DNA of 64,000 nt. It comes from the human T2T-CHM13v2.0 reference genome, Homo sapiens. Positions within the stretch are counted from its first letter, which is position 1, and every line of letters begins with the position of its first letter. The translations under genes and the position numbers were made by a program. Below, piece by piece: positions 14,041 to 26,475 of the stretch. The stretch lies in assembly GCF_009914755.1 (NCBI RefSeq), contig NC_060944.1; one strand, 5' to 3'. The notes under the pieces were generated by a model. It did not search any database. It was not told where the DNA came from and saw only the letters and a list, made by a program, of their open reading frames with translations.

Positions 14041-14695
14041 TTTGTTTAATTAATGTAGAAGTACTAACAACAGAAAAATACACAAAAAATGGTCCATCGT
14101 GTGTATGCTACAGCTTAGCTCTCAAGCTTTTTTTTTTTTTTTTTCCTGAGATTGGGGAATGGTAGGACCATTGAGAATACATCAACAACTGAAATTATGG
14201 CTATCAATGACTCTGGCCAGCCTACTCAAAGACATACTTCCCATGACCAAGTGGCCTCTTTGCTGCTGCCAGAAGATCAACTATATTGACAAAAACAAAA
14301 TTACAGAAGCAAGATTTACTGTTACCAGACTGTTTGTAATTTTTCCTTTCCATTTGCTCCTCTTTTATGATCCCTCCTTTTTTTCCATTGACAATCATCT
14401 AATTACTTTTCTCTTATTAGTATATTTGTAAGTACAAAATTATATATAAATTTCAGAAATTAATTATAATTTTCTGAGTTATTCTTTGACTTGCATCCTA
14501 GAAAGGTTAAGTATCTTGCACAAGTAATAAACCTAATAAGTAAGGGAGCATGTATTGGAACTCAAGCAGTCTTATTTGCACTAGATAATCTCCTCTACAA
14601 AAAAAGGTCTAAAGTTTATGTGCCTACAAAAAATATTAAGGAAGTTCCAAGTGAGAAAATGTTACCGAACACTGGCTCTAAAGTTACAAAATTAG

Positions 14696-14765
14696 TCTCT
14701 ATCTCTCTCACTTTTTTTCTCTCTCTCTGACACACACACACACACACACACACACTTCACACACC
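14696..14765 (+). repeat. Compound (TC)n/(CA)n microsatellite
   Basis: tctctatctctctc...tctctctctgacacacacacacacacacacacacac. Confidence 0.9.
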
Positions 14766-16039
14766 TCATAAACAAACAACCCAGGTTTCATGTGATACCC
14801 TTTTGTGATTTCTATTCAATTTCAAGCATTCCTTTGATGTTTATTTCAGCAAGTTTCTGCAAAGAGCAAAGGCAAATATTTTTACAAAAACAGAATTGTT
14901 TTTTACAAAACAATATTTTTACAAAAACAGAATTTTTTAATAGTATTAAAAAATTATAATGATATTCATAGTGTGTAGGAGACCTCACAGTATGTGGGGG
15001 TGGAAGAAAGAACATTTGTAACTGGAGCTAAGGCAATGTGCATCATGTAGACATCCAGTGAAGGCAGGCAATGCCAAGCCACTCTGCAGTCTGAGAAGCA
15101 TCACTCACTATGTCCACCCTTCCATGAAGATTCGCCATCTTCTCCTCCTCAGTAATTTCCTAAGGTCTTTATCTCCATCATAAAGCTCCACCAGCACCTT
15201 GTGAAGTCTATCTTTATAGCCGTCAAAGCACTTTTCAGCCATATTCTCAAGAGCAAACTTGCTGCACGCTGTTTCCACCTTCCCCTCTAGTTTCAGAGCT
15301 TCCAGAGTGCAATGTCAGTAGCCAATACCATAGCCACATTCCTCACTGAGCCTTACGTATGGCATGTGCTTGATAAATATTTATAGATAATAGAAATCTG
15401 AGGCCTATACCCAGTGGTTTTCTAGCTAATTTAGTAACTCTTCCCATATTTCCTTAAATATAAACAAAGACAAGTTGGCAGGAACCAACCAGAATTATGT
15501 GATCCAATCTATTTGATAGCAGAAGTTGTTCTTTCCAAATGGGAAATGGTCTTGGATTTCTGCTAGTTATCTTTTTCATTCTCCATATGTGCCACTTATT
15601 TCTTCCCTTCACTTACATATTGTTGGTGACCTCTGAATAGATGTCAGGAAATATTCCTCAAAATAAAGATTTGCTAAGTTACTTTCAAGTGTCGCAGGAG
15701 TAAGAAGCAGCATTGTGTTAAGGCAGAGAAATTAGCATAGGGGCTGCCTTTATTTTTATTCACAAGGCTGAATATAGAGATTAGAGATCCTACCCAGGTA
15801 ATGATTAATGCTGGGTCAAGTCAGAATAAAATTTTTGCACTGATTCTAGACTGTTTCAATTAAACATGCTCTTAAAAAAACTCTTAGTTCAATACCTAGA
15901 TAATTTATTTCCAGGGCTAATTCTCAACCAAAATCATAGCTCTTTTAAAACTAATTTGATAATGATCTAAATGTGACAGGTCTCTCCATATCTTCTAAAA
16001 AGTGTGATGCAGACTTTGTTGCATTTAAAATTAGGATGG

Positions 16040-16909
16040 AACAAACAACCCCATCAAAAAGTGGGCAAAGGATATGAACAGACACTTCTCAAAAGAAGAC
16101 ATTTATGCAGCCAAAAGACACATGAAAAAATGCTCATCATCACTGGCCATCAGAGAAATGCAATCAAAACCACAATGAGATACCATCTCACACTAGTTAG
16201 AATGGCAATCATTAAAAAGTCAGGAAACAGGTGCTGGAGAGGATGTGGAGAAATAGGAACACTTTTACACCGTTGGTGGGACTGTAAACTAGTTCAACCA
16301 TTGTGGAAGTCAGTGTGGCGATTCCTCAGGGATCTAGAACTAGAAATACCATTTGACCCAGCCATCCCATTACTGGGTATATACCCAAAGGACTATAAAT
16401 CATGCTGCTATAAAGACACATGCACACGTATGTTTATTGCGGCATTATTCACAATACCAAAGACTTGGAACCAACCCAAATGTCCAACAGCGATAGACTG
16501 GATTAAGAAAATGTGGCACATATACACCATGGAATACTATGCAGCCATAAAAAATGATGAGTTCATGTCCTTTGTAGAGACATGGATGAAATTGGAAATC
16601 ATCATTCTCAGTAAACTATCGCAAGGACAAAAAACCAAACACCGCATCTTCTCACTCATAGATGGGAATTGAACAATGAGAACACATGGACACAGGAAGG
16701 GGAACATCACACTCTGGGGACTGTTGTGGGGTGGGGGGAGATGGGAGGGATAGCATTAGGAGATATACCTAATGCTAAATGACGAGTTAATGGGTGCAGC
16801 ACACCAGCATGGCACATGTATACATATGTAACTAACCTGCACATTGTGCACATGTACCCTAAAACTAAAAGTATAATAATAATAAAAATAAATAAATAAA
16901 TAAATAAAT
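16040..16909 (+). mobile_element. 5'-truncated L1PA (L1PA2/3-like): ORF2 C-terminus, 3'UTR and (TAAA)n tail
   Basis: ORF 16004-16672 contains L1 ORF2 C-terminal motifs ([31 protein letters not shown]); TSD aaaattaggat[g/t]gaa at 16027-16041 and 16910-16924. Confidence 0.95.
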
Positions 16910-17738
16910 AAAATTAGGATTGAATGAGCTTATCAAATGAGTTATGGCAGAGCTAGGAATCCTCAGAATCTACTGCTCTCCATTGCTCTTCATGGGGCTC
17001 CATTAACATTGCTGAGCCTCCTGAGCACAGTCCTGGGGTTGGATCAGTGCAAGTTCTGGGATCTGTATTTGGGGGGTTCCTCTAGTGCTCAATCCTTTCA
17101 TATGCTTATTGATGACCTCTTCTAAATTGAGATATCTCTTTGCTCTGGAAAGCTTAGATTGTCCTTACCCAGTGAGTCATTAGTAGTCTGTGTGGCCATA
17201 TCCTTTTGAATCTCAAGCGTATTACTATTATCTTCAAGATGAACACAAATAATTACAATTTACTTTTGCTAAACTGCACTCTAAATTATCATATTAAGTC
17301 CATTGGAATTTTAGTGCACCTTTAGAAAAAAAAATTCTGAGATCTAAGATACCAAAGGTTTTGGGAAGATTATTTTTTAACTCCTGTTTTTTGAAATGTA
17401 CAATTAATTTTAAATACTACTTATAAAAATATTAGCTTTGTTAAAAAGAACTCTTATTTCTCTACAGAAAGATAACTAACTGAAGTTTTACTAAGAAACA
17501 TAAAACTCAGCCCATCATGTGTTAAATTTGTTGCAACTATTAGCCTGCCTACTCAACTCTTAATCAATCGGGGTTTTGTGGGTGGGACACGAAGACCATA
17601 AAGGGTTTTTAATACAGCCATGGGTATATGATTTCAATCTGGCTGCCTGAGAGTCAAATAAAGCAATAAACTCACAGAAAATTACACACATGTACATACA
17701 TGCACAGAATCAGATTTCTTGTTTCTTTTTTTTTTTAA

Positions 17739-18043
<305 letters not shown>

Positions 18044-19877
18044 CTTATTGTTTCTTCTTTAAAAGATCTGCCAACACTGGGTTCATAGTTCCACAAAGCA
18101 ACCAATTTGTAGCTGACCTATTTCGGTGATGGCTGGGCTTTTGAGTATGCCACAGGCTATACCAATCCCAACTGTCTTAAAACCACTGGTTTGTCTAACC
18201 TGTATAACCCATATAGGCACTTGAATATGAGACCCTATCACTGTTAATTTGTATAAAATCTTTGTAATTTGAACATGAAACTAATCATTGACACTAGATG
18301 TTCATGCCTAGACAGTATAACTAACCTTCCTTCGTACTCAAAATACTCCACTTTTTCTGCTTTGTACTTAACTTGAAAGACAGCACAGTAGATGTATAAA
18401 AGGAATGAACAGCAAAAGGGTCAGTTGCATTTGAAGCAATCCACGATTGTTTATGCTGGCATCATTTTGCCCTGAAGATTTTTTTCTATGACTTTCTGGA
18501 AGCATTCTAACATAAAGCATTTTTCTGGTTTTCAGATTCAAACACATTCTAGTCTAACCACCTGTGTATGCAATCGATTTGGTTTTAACTTTGAGCTTCA
18601 TCCCTGAACCAGACCTGGCACCTGCAGAAAAAAAAAATACCAGAGGCTAAAATAGAGCAAGCAGGGCCACAAAATAGTGTGATGTTCTCCCACTGTGATT
18701 CGTAGGGGATGCGTTTCGGGGTGCGCATTTCATCTCACGAGACTCCAGACAACAGAGGAGCTAGACAAAAGGAAAATATGTGATGGAGCTGTATTTATAT
18801 TGCAATCTTTCCAACATTTCAGGAGGGAATGGTTTACAGATGTATACCCTCCAATGACATTGACACATCTATTGTTTTCTTAACCTCCTTCCCCATCTTA
18901 CTACAAGATTCTTTTCACGAAAAAGATTACAAACTGCCCCCATGCTTTTCTATGATAAGGAACACATGCCTTCCTGATTACAAGGGAAGACCTGATGAGC
19001 TATATGATAGGCCAAGTGTTAATGTAAAATTAGCCTCAGAAAATGGAATACTTTTATGATTACTTAAGCATTTGTATTTTCATGCCATAAATGCTTCCCC
19101 GTCTGAAACAGACCACTTAACCCAGTCTTAGAACATCAGGCTGCTAATTTACACAGTATTCTGACAGGAAGCCATCTACAGCAATGAATGCACAGTAGGG
19201 GATTTTAACAGAAGCCCATCTGGACTTTCAGCTATTGCAGGCAATTTCTTCTGAATAATCCATTAAAGAGAAATGCCATAAAGATGAGTTAGCAACTCTT
19301 GATTGTAAATTTCAAGAGAGGTTTTATAAAGAGCCTCTTACTTTTTCAACTTTTTAAGATCTATTTTTAGCGACTCAATTCATCACCATTTAACTTGGTG
19401 TCTTTCTGCCTTGTTACGACTCTTGAAGAGTTTACAGTGCTGTCAGGGTCACAGTCGTTGTCTTCAGGAAAGGATACCTGTCTCAGACACGTGCTTTCTA
19501 TTAATTTAGCCCTCCGGATTGTGTTAGGATGAAATATGTCTTCTTCAGAGTGTTTTTGTTTGTTTGTTTTTCCATTTCAAGATTTTTTTTTCTCAAAATA
19601 ATTCTCCTCTGGTCAGCCAATATTCAAAACTTAAAAATGATAGACCAATTATTTGGTAAACCTGAAATTTGCGGTGCTGACAGGAATTATTTTAAATAAC
19701 AATATAAGCACCCGCGAATAACTCTTTCTTCCTCTGGCATGTCTTTCCCTCAGCTCCCTCAAGTCTGCTCAAATCATGTCTTCTCAAAGAGGCCTTCTTT
19801 GATGTATTGTTTTATATTGTAATCTTGTCCCATCCCTGGTTCTAATGATTCCCCTGCCCCACTTCAAGTCATTCTGA

Positions 19878-20714
<837 letters not shown>

Positions 20715-22457
20715 TGAGCTTCATGAGAACAAGGTTTGCACTAGTTCACCTGCTTCTGTGTCCCTAGAACTTAGAATGGAGCATAGCACAAAGTATGTGT
20801 TATTAAAAATATTTGTTGAATAAATGGATAGATAAGAGTAGATGATTCATTCGGCAAATACAGAAAAGAAAACAAAGCTGTGATGACAGATCTGGAACGA
20901 AGAACAGCACACGCCACACTCTAGGTGCTCAAGTAGATGTTTATTTAATGAATAATAAATGGATATCATAATAATACAAATTTAGCAAATAAAAACACAA
21001 CAACTAAAGTAAAAGTGAAAGACTTGAGGTGAGTACATTCCCAATATCTGAAGAGAAGTTATTAGAGATACAAAGGATAGGATTATAAAACTGGGTTTTC
21101 TTTTCAGGGCAAATTTGCCAAGAAAGGAAAGAAGGAAAATAGAAATCAGATGGAAGAAATGTTTTAATGTGAGTGTTTCAAAGCTGCTTAAAATTATTTT
21201 TAATTATGATTATCAAAGAAGCCTACTCATTAAAAACGGTGGAGAGTATATACAAAGGACAAAGAAGGAAAGAAAATCATCCATAGTTGCATGCTTTAAA
21301 TGCTAGCTCTGTGAATAGTTGAATATACTCTGGTATTTTTTATGAAGTTTGTTTAGAAATTTTAAGATGTAGGCAGCAATCAGTTCATATGCTTACTGAC
21401 TTTTTAATTTCCTAAAAGACAATATATTAAGGTCATTGGATAGTCTTTTTTATGCATCCTAAAAATTAACTTCTTGGTATTTCTTTGTACATAGATGGAC
21501 CATAATTTTTTAAAGCAGTTCCCTCTTTCTATTTGTGTTTGACTCTTTTAAATTAGGTTATGACCATTCTTGATAAATCTTCATATAGCTCCATGATTGT
21601 TTTCTTAAAGTCTTAGAAATAAAACATAAATTTATTAAAAAATTTGATAATTCTTGCTATTCTGTCCCTCGCCCCCAAATATTGAACCTATTTGAACTTC
21701 CATTAGCAACATTTGAAAATGCCAAGTTCTTTGAGATTTTTTAAACCATAACTTCTAAAAACTGTTTGCCATTCTGACAGATGAAAACTAAAATGGAAAT
21801 TTGGTTAGGCAGAGCAGAAGGGAGACGGATATTCAGGAAGAACAAATAATACGATTTGAGATGAAATTCCACAACAGTAGATTCAATTTTAATTTTTCAC
21901 TTGGTTACTTTATATCTTAAACGGACCATCAATGCTACCAACCCCTCCAGACTGATTTATAATCATAAACCATGTTAGCCCTATTATCAGGGTCTTATAC
22001 ATATATGTATGTAGATTTTATGTAATAAACAGTAGTCTGCTTTTCTGCAAATCAAGCAATTTATAAACATTATTTAAATATCAAGCTTTCCTGTTTTCAT
22101 AAACTCTCTGTAGGAGAACAGTGGGTACTCAAGAGTATGATCATGCTAGTCAGGAAGACAGCCAAAATGTAATAACACCTGTGTTCTGAACTTCGCATAA
22201 TCTTCAATCTCTAACAGCAAACTGAAGCTGAAAACAGAGGGTAGATATGATAAGTCTTGATATTTAAGGAATATGCCAAGTTCAGGAAGCATGTAAACGT
22301 GCAATGCTGTAACAGCTACTGGTAATATGGCCAATTGAATGTAATAAAATCTGACTCATAACAATCACTTACCTATTGGTGAGTTGCTTTTCCTCCAAGA
22401 GTAAAAGTAATTTCTTCTTGAATATAGTTACTTTTTTTCAAGTGTGATGTCCTCTAA

Positions 22458-22619
22458 GTCCATGTTCCTTAACGTGGACCTGTAACATCAACATAGATAT
22501 CACTTGAAAATATTAGAAGTATAGATTCTCAGGAACTACCCCAGAAATACAAATTAGAATCTGTATTTTCACAAGATCCCCATCTAAATAACATGGATAT
22601 TGAAGTTGGAGACACATGG
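22458..22619. mobile_element. MER5-type hAT-Charlie MITE
   Basis: tagaagtatagattctcagg...ccccaga...tagaatctgtattttcacaagatcccc...ttgaagttggagacac. Confidence 0.65.
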
Positions 22620-23004
22620 AGCATTAGTGACTCTGTTGAGAATGGGTCCAAACATGGTCAAACTGCCCACTTCTAGAGTATCCGTTGTTATGTATGAATC
22701 ATGTATAGCAGCAAGCAGCATCGAGTCCATCTTTGGAAGGCAAAAGACAGGAAAAGACTATAATTTGCATGAAGATCTCATCAGAAAGTTCATAAGAAAA
22801 ATGGCCAGGCTATGAATGGTTTGAAAATAAGAATTGCTCTAGTTTGGAGAGCTTATTATTTAAAAAGATTTTCTAAGTTTCAGATAAAAATATTATTTGA
22901 AAACAAATCCTAAATTTGTTTCTCTATATCAGTGATAGGAGAAATTATCATTGGATATTTTGCTCAGGTTTTCCAGAATTCAAATCTTTCTTTGAAGATT
23001 TTGC

Positions 23005-23535
23005 CACTTATTCACTGCTGAGTGAAAGCCACTTGAAACTTAGTGGCTTAAAACTATAATTCATAATTATTTTTCATGATTCTGCAGGTTGACAGGGTTC
23101 AGAGCTGGGGAGTTGTTATTTGAGGCCTCCCAGGCAGTTGCAGTCACATGGCAGCTGTGTCTGTAGTCACCTGAAGACTCTACCGGTTAGATGTCCAAGA
23201 TGGCTGGCCCACATGGTGGAGAGTAGACATGGGCTGTTGATAGCTAAACAGGTTGACTAGACCACCTATATATGGGCTGCACATGTGGCTTTATTTTCTC
23301 AAAGTGTAACAGTTGTGATTGGAGGGGGACTGTCTCAAGAGCAAATATTCTCAGAGACCCACATGAAAGCGACAAAGACCTCCTATGTCTGAGCCTCTGA
23401 AGCCCCAAATGTCACTTCTGCAATGTTTATTGGTCTAAGAAGTCACTAGTGTAGATTCAAGGAAGCAGGGAAATACATTCCACCTCTCAACAGGAGGAAC
23501 AGCAGCAAGTTTTTATACCACCTTCAATCTACCAC
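23005..23535 (-). mobile_element. MLT1 (G/H-like) MaLR LTR
   Basis: aacttagtggcttaaaac...gatgtccaagatggctgg...gtcacttctgcaatgtttattggtc...caatctaccaca. Confidence 0.65.
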
Positions 23536-23562
23536 AAGATATTTTAAAGTTAGAACAACCTT

Positions 23563-23831
23563 CCAGGTACACCAATCAGACGTAGATTTGGTCTTTTCAC
23601 ATAGTCCCATATTTCTTGGAGGCTTTGTTCATTTCTTTTTATTCTTTTTTCTCTAAACTTCCCTTCTCGCTTCATTTCATTCATTTCATCTTCCATCGCT
23701 GATACCCTTTCTTCCAGTTGATCGCATCGGCTCCTGAGGCTTCTGCATTCTTCATGTAGTTCTCGAGCCTTGGCTTTCAGCTCCATCAGCTCCTTTAAGC
23801 ACTTCTCTGTATTGGTTAAAAAAAAAAAAAA
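23563..23831 (-). mobile_element. Young L1PA (PA2/3-like) ORF1 fragment, inverted relative to a + strand poly(A), flanked by a TSD
   Basis: ORF 23550-23786(-) MELKAKARELHEECRSLRSRCDQLEERVS...WDYVKRPNLRLIGVP is L1 ORF1p; A14 at 23818-23831; TSD agaacaacctt[c/t]c at 23552-23564 and 23832-23844. Confidence 0.93.
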
Positions 23832-24039
23832 AGAACAACCTTTCTAATTTTTAAAATTATACAACCAGATCCACTTCACAAGTATTCAACACTGAAAAGA
23901 ATCCAATTAAATCAGAGCTTTGGTCCTACAAAGCCCACTTACAAAAATATCAAAACCTCTTTGATCCTATGTTAAGTGAAGTTGCCTCTATCTATTGATA
24001 TTTGAGGAGAAATCAGAAGTGTCCTGTACCTCAAAAGAC

Positions 24040-24350
24040 TTTCTCGTATGTGATGGTTATTCTTGATTTCTCTCTTCCCCAAGATCCATTCTCCACCCTC
24101 TGCTGATGAACTCTGTCATGAGTGCAGAGTTTGCCATCTGGGCTCCTTTGCTCTCAGGCTTGCAATTGAATTTGGCCAGTGTCAGGTACTTGCTTGTAAT
24201 TTCTCTCTCTCTTTCTCCCATTGTTAACAATGCATTTCCAGCAGTAGCTTCAACCTCTGCTCCTGACTCTCAGTCTTTCCTTGTGAGTTCCACATACTTC
24301 TTGACTCTGCTAATTCTTATTATTTCCCTTTCTTTCAGCTACAGGAGTGA
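24040..24350. mobile_element. Old ERVL-class LTR fragment (LTR33-like)
   Basis: agatccattctccaccctctg...tttgctctcaggcttgcaattgaatttggccagtg. Confidence 0.4.
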
Positions 24351-25279
24351 TAATAGATTTCAGGACTTTTGTTTATTTCAATTTTTTTTTTCTAAAAAGA
24401 ATACTTTTCTGGTCAGCTAATCATCAAATAATAAAAATAAAAATCAATTATTTGGTTATTATGCATTTTTTAACACAGGGAGAAGAATAATTTTAGAAAC
24501 TTTGAGCCATTAAAATCCCACCTATCATGAGAAGAGATCAGAAAAATTACTAGAGACTTTCTCTTCACTGTGTGCCTCACAAGCTCTTAATATTGCTGTA
24601 GCACATTTGAAGAGAAGCACTTTCTTTCTGAAAATGGAGACAGGATCTTAGAGGACAAACACTGCTGTGATTAAGAAATTTCTGTATATAGCTCTTTAAT
24701 AAGAATTATATTGCTAGACCACTTAAGCTAGAAGGCAATGTTTAATAATCCATTTTCTAGACAACCTTGCAACTAGATGTTCATGTCATGAAATGGAATA
24801 CTCACTTTTAGTGACTCAATCAGACCCCCTTGCAGCTAGGTATTGATTCAACCTAATTCTCGCCCATGAGAAATCAGCAAAAAAGGCAGCAAGTGGCTTC
24901 GTGGAAGATAGAGACTAAGGATTTGTTACACAGTCCATGTGAGGAGATGCAAATACAGAAAAATTTTCAGATGCAGCTGGTTAGAGAAGAGGAAATGTGG
25001 GTAGCAGACAACACCTTGATGTAGAGTTTTTTCCCATAAATATACTCATGGGACCTCTTGCCCCATGAGTATGTTTTATATTCAACAATTTGAATATAAA
25101 AGGAAACCATAGACTCATTTTATAATAGCCAATTATAAAACTGAAACCTATTATGTATGTATAGCTTGAGAGTCACTGTGGTCAGCACTCATGATTGATG
25201 ACTTTGAATAACACTTTTGGGTTTATATAGCAATTTTACCACCTACTTTCTCTGATTTATTGAATGGGGTTACTAAGAA

Positions 25280-25420
25280 TCTTTAAACTTCAGTCTCATC
25301 TACCGTAAAATGGGGATAATATTAATTCATCACAGAATTAAAGATTAAACAAAATAATTAATGAGAAGCACTTAGTTCATTACATGGCACATATTAACTG
25401 CTTACAAAGTGTTATTTATT
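25280..25420 (+). mobile_element. MIR 3' part
   Basis: ttcagtctcatctaccgtaaaatggggataat...gcacttag...tggcacata. Confidence 0.6.
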
Positions 25421-25665
25421 AATATTTTAAATTGTTAGTTAATGGTTAAATTAACCTAAATGATTACTGATAGTGAAATAGTTAAATATGCCATATTTCT
25501 ACAATGTAATACTATATGGTCATTAAAAAGAATGAGAAAGAGAAATATATTTATATAACATGTATGTATATTTGTCTATATAAAGACTGATCAATATATT
25601 AATATGATTAATTAAATGATAAAGGAAATTGTAATAGAAAGAATGTATTAGGGTAGTCCTACTCC

Positions 25666-25913
25666 TTTTTTTTTTTTTTTAAACAGAATCTCATTCTGTC
25701 TCCCAGGCTGGAGTGCAGTGGCGCGATCTCGGCTCACTGCAACCTCCGCTTCCTGGGTTCAAGTGATTCTTGGGATTACAGGCGTGTGCCACCACACGCG
25801 GATGAGTTTTATATTTTTAGTAGAAACGGGGTTTTGTCATGTTGGTCTCAAGTGATCCACCTGCCTCAGCCTCCCAAAGTGCTGGAGTTACAGGGGAAGT
25901 CCTGTGCCCGGCC
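25666..25913 (-). mobile_element. AluS with two internal deletions
   Basis: Poly-T, then cccaggctggagtgcagtggcgcgatctcggctcactgcaacctcc; junctions gattct|tgggattac and atgttgg|tctcaagtgatcc. Confidence 0.85.
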
Positions 25914-26117
25914 TAGGGCACTACTTTGGTTTAAAGAAAAGATAAATATGAATACACACATATACACAAATACACATTTCCTTCTAAAAGGGAGACATGT
26001 GGGCATTAAGGACTGAGGAATTGAGGAGGAGGAAGATACCAGAGATTTCTTAGATGCTGTTTCAACTTCTTTCACATACATTCCCTTTCTTTCTTCAGTT
26101 ATGAAATAGATTTGTAT

Positions 26118-26475
26118 TATATGACAAGTTCTGGCCAAGGATGTATGAGAAGAAGCTAAGTGTGTCTGTTTCAGATTGAAGCGATTAAGAAACCAGAGTG
26201 CCTTCTTTCCACATCTCCCCTCCTTTTGCTCATTGATTCTACTGAACGCAGGGAGTCTGCACTGGATTCTAAGGCAGTCAAGGAAAGAGCACGGATAACA
26301 ATGAAAGCTGCATTCGCTCGCTAATTAGATCCCTAAATTAGCACTTGGAGAAAGGCCAGGCAGAAAAGCTACATGTCCTATGTTAGACTATGATACAGAA
26401 AGAAATAGCATTTATTATGTTCCGCATTATAATCTAAAGATTGTTTGTTATAGCAGCTAGCAGTAATGACTAGAG
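26118..26475. mobile_element. MLT1 (I/J-like) LTR fragment
   Basis: atgacaagttctggccaaggatgtatgag...ttgtttgttatagcagc. Confidence 0.5.

Noticed and set aside
16004-16672. 222-aa ORF, the longest in the track
   Set aside because: It is the C-terminus of L1 ORF2 in a 5'-truncated copy, with a GTG start in the flank and an out-of-frame first part. Not a gene.
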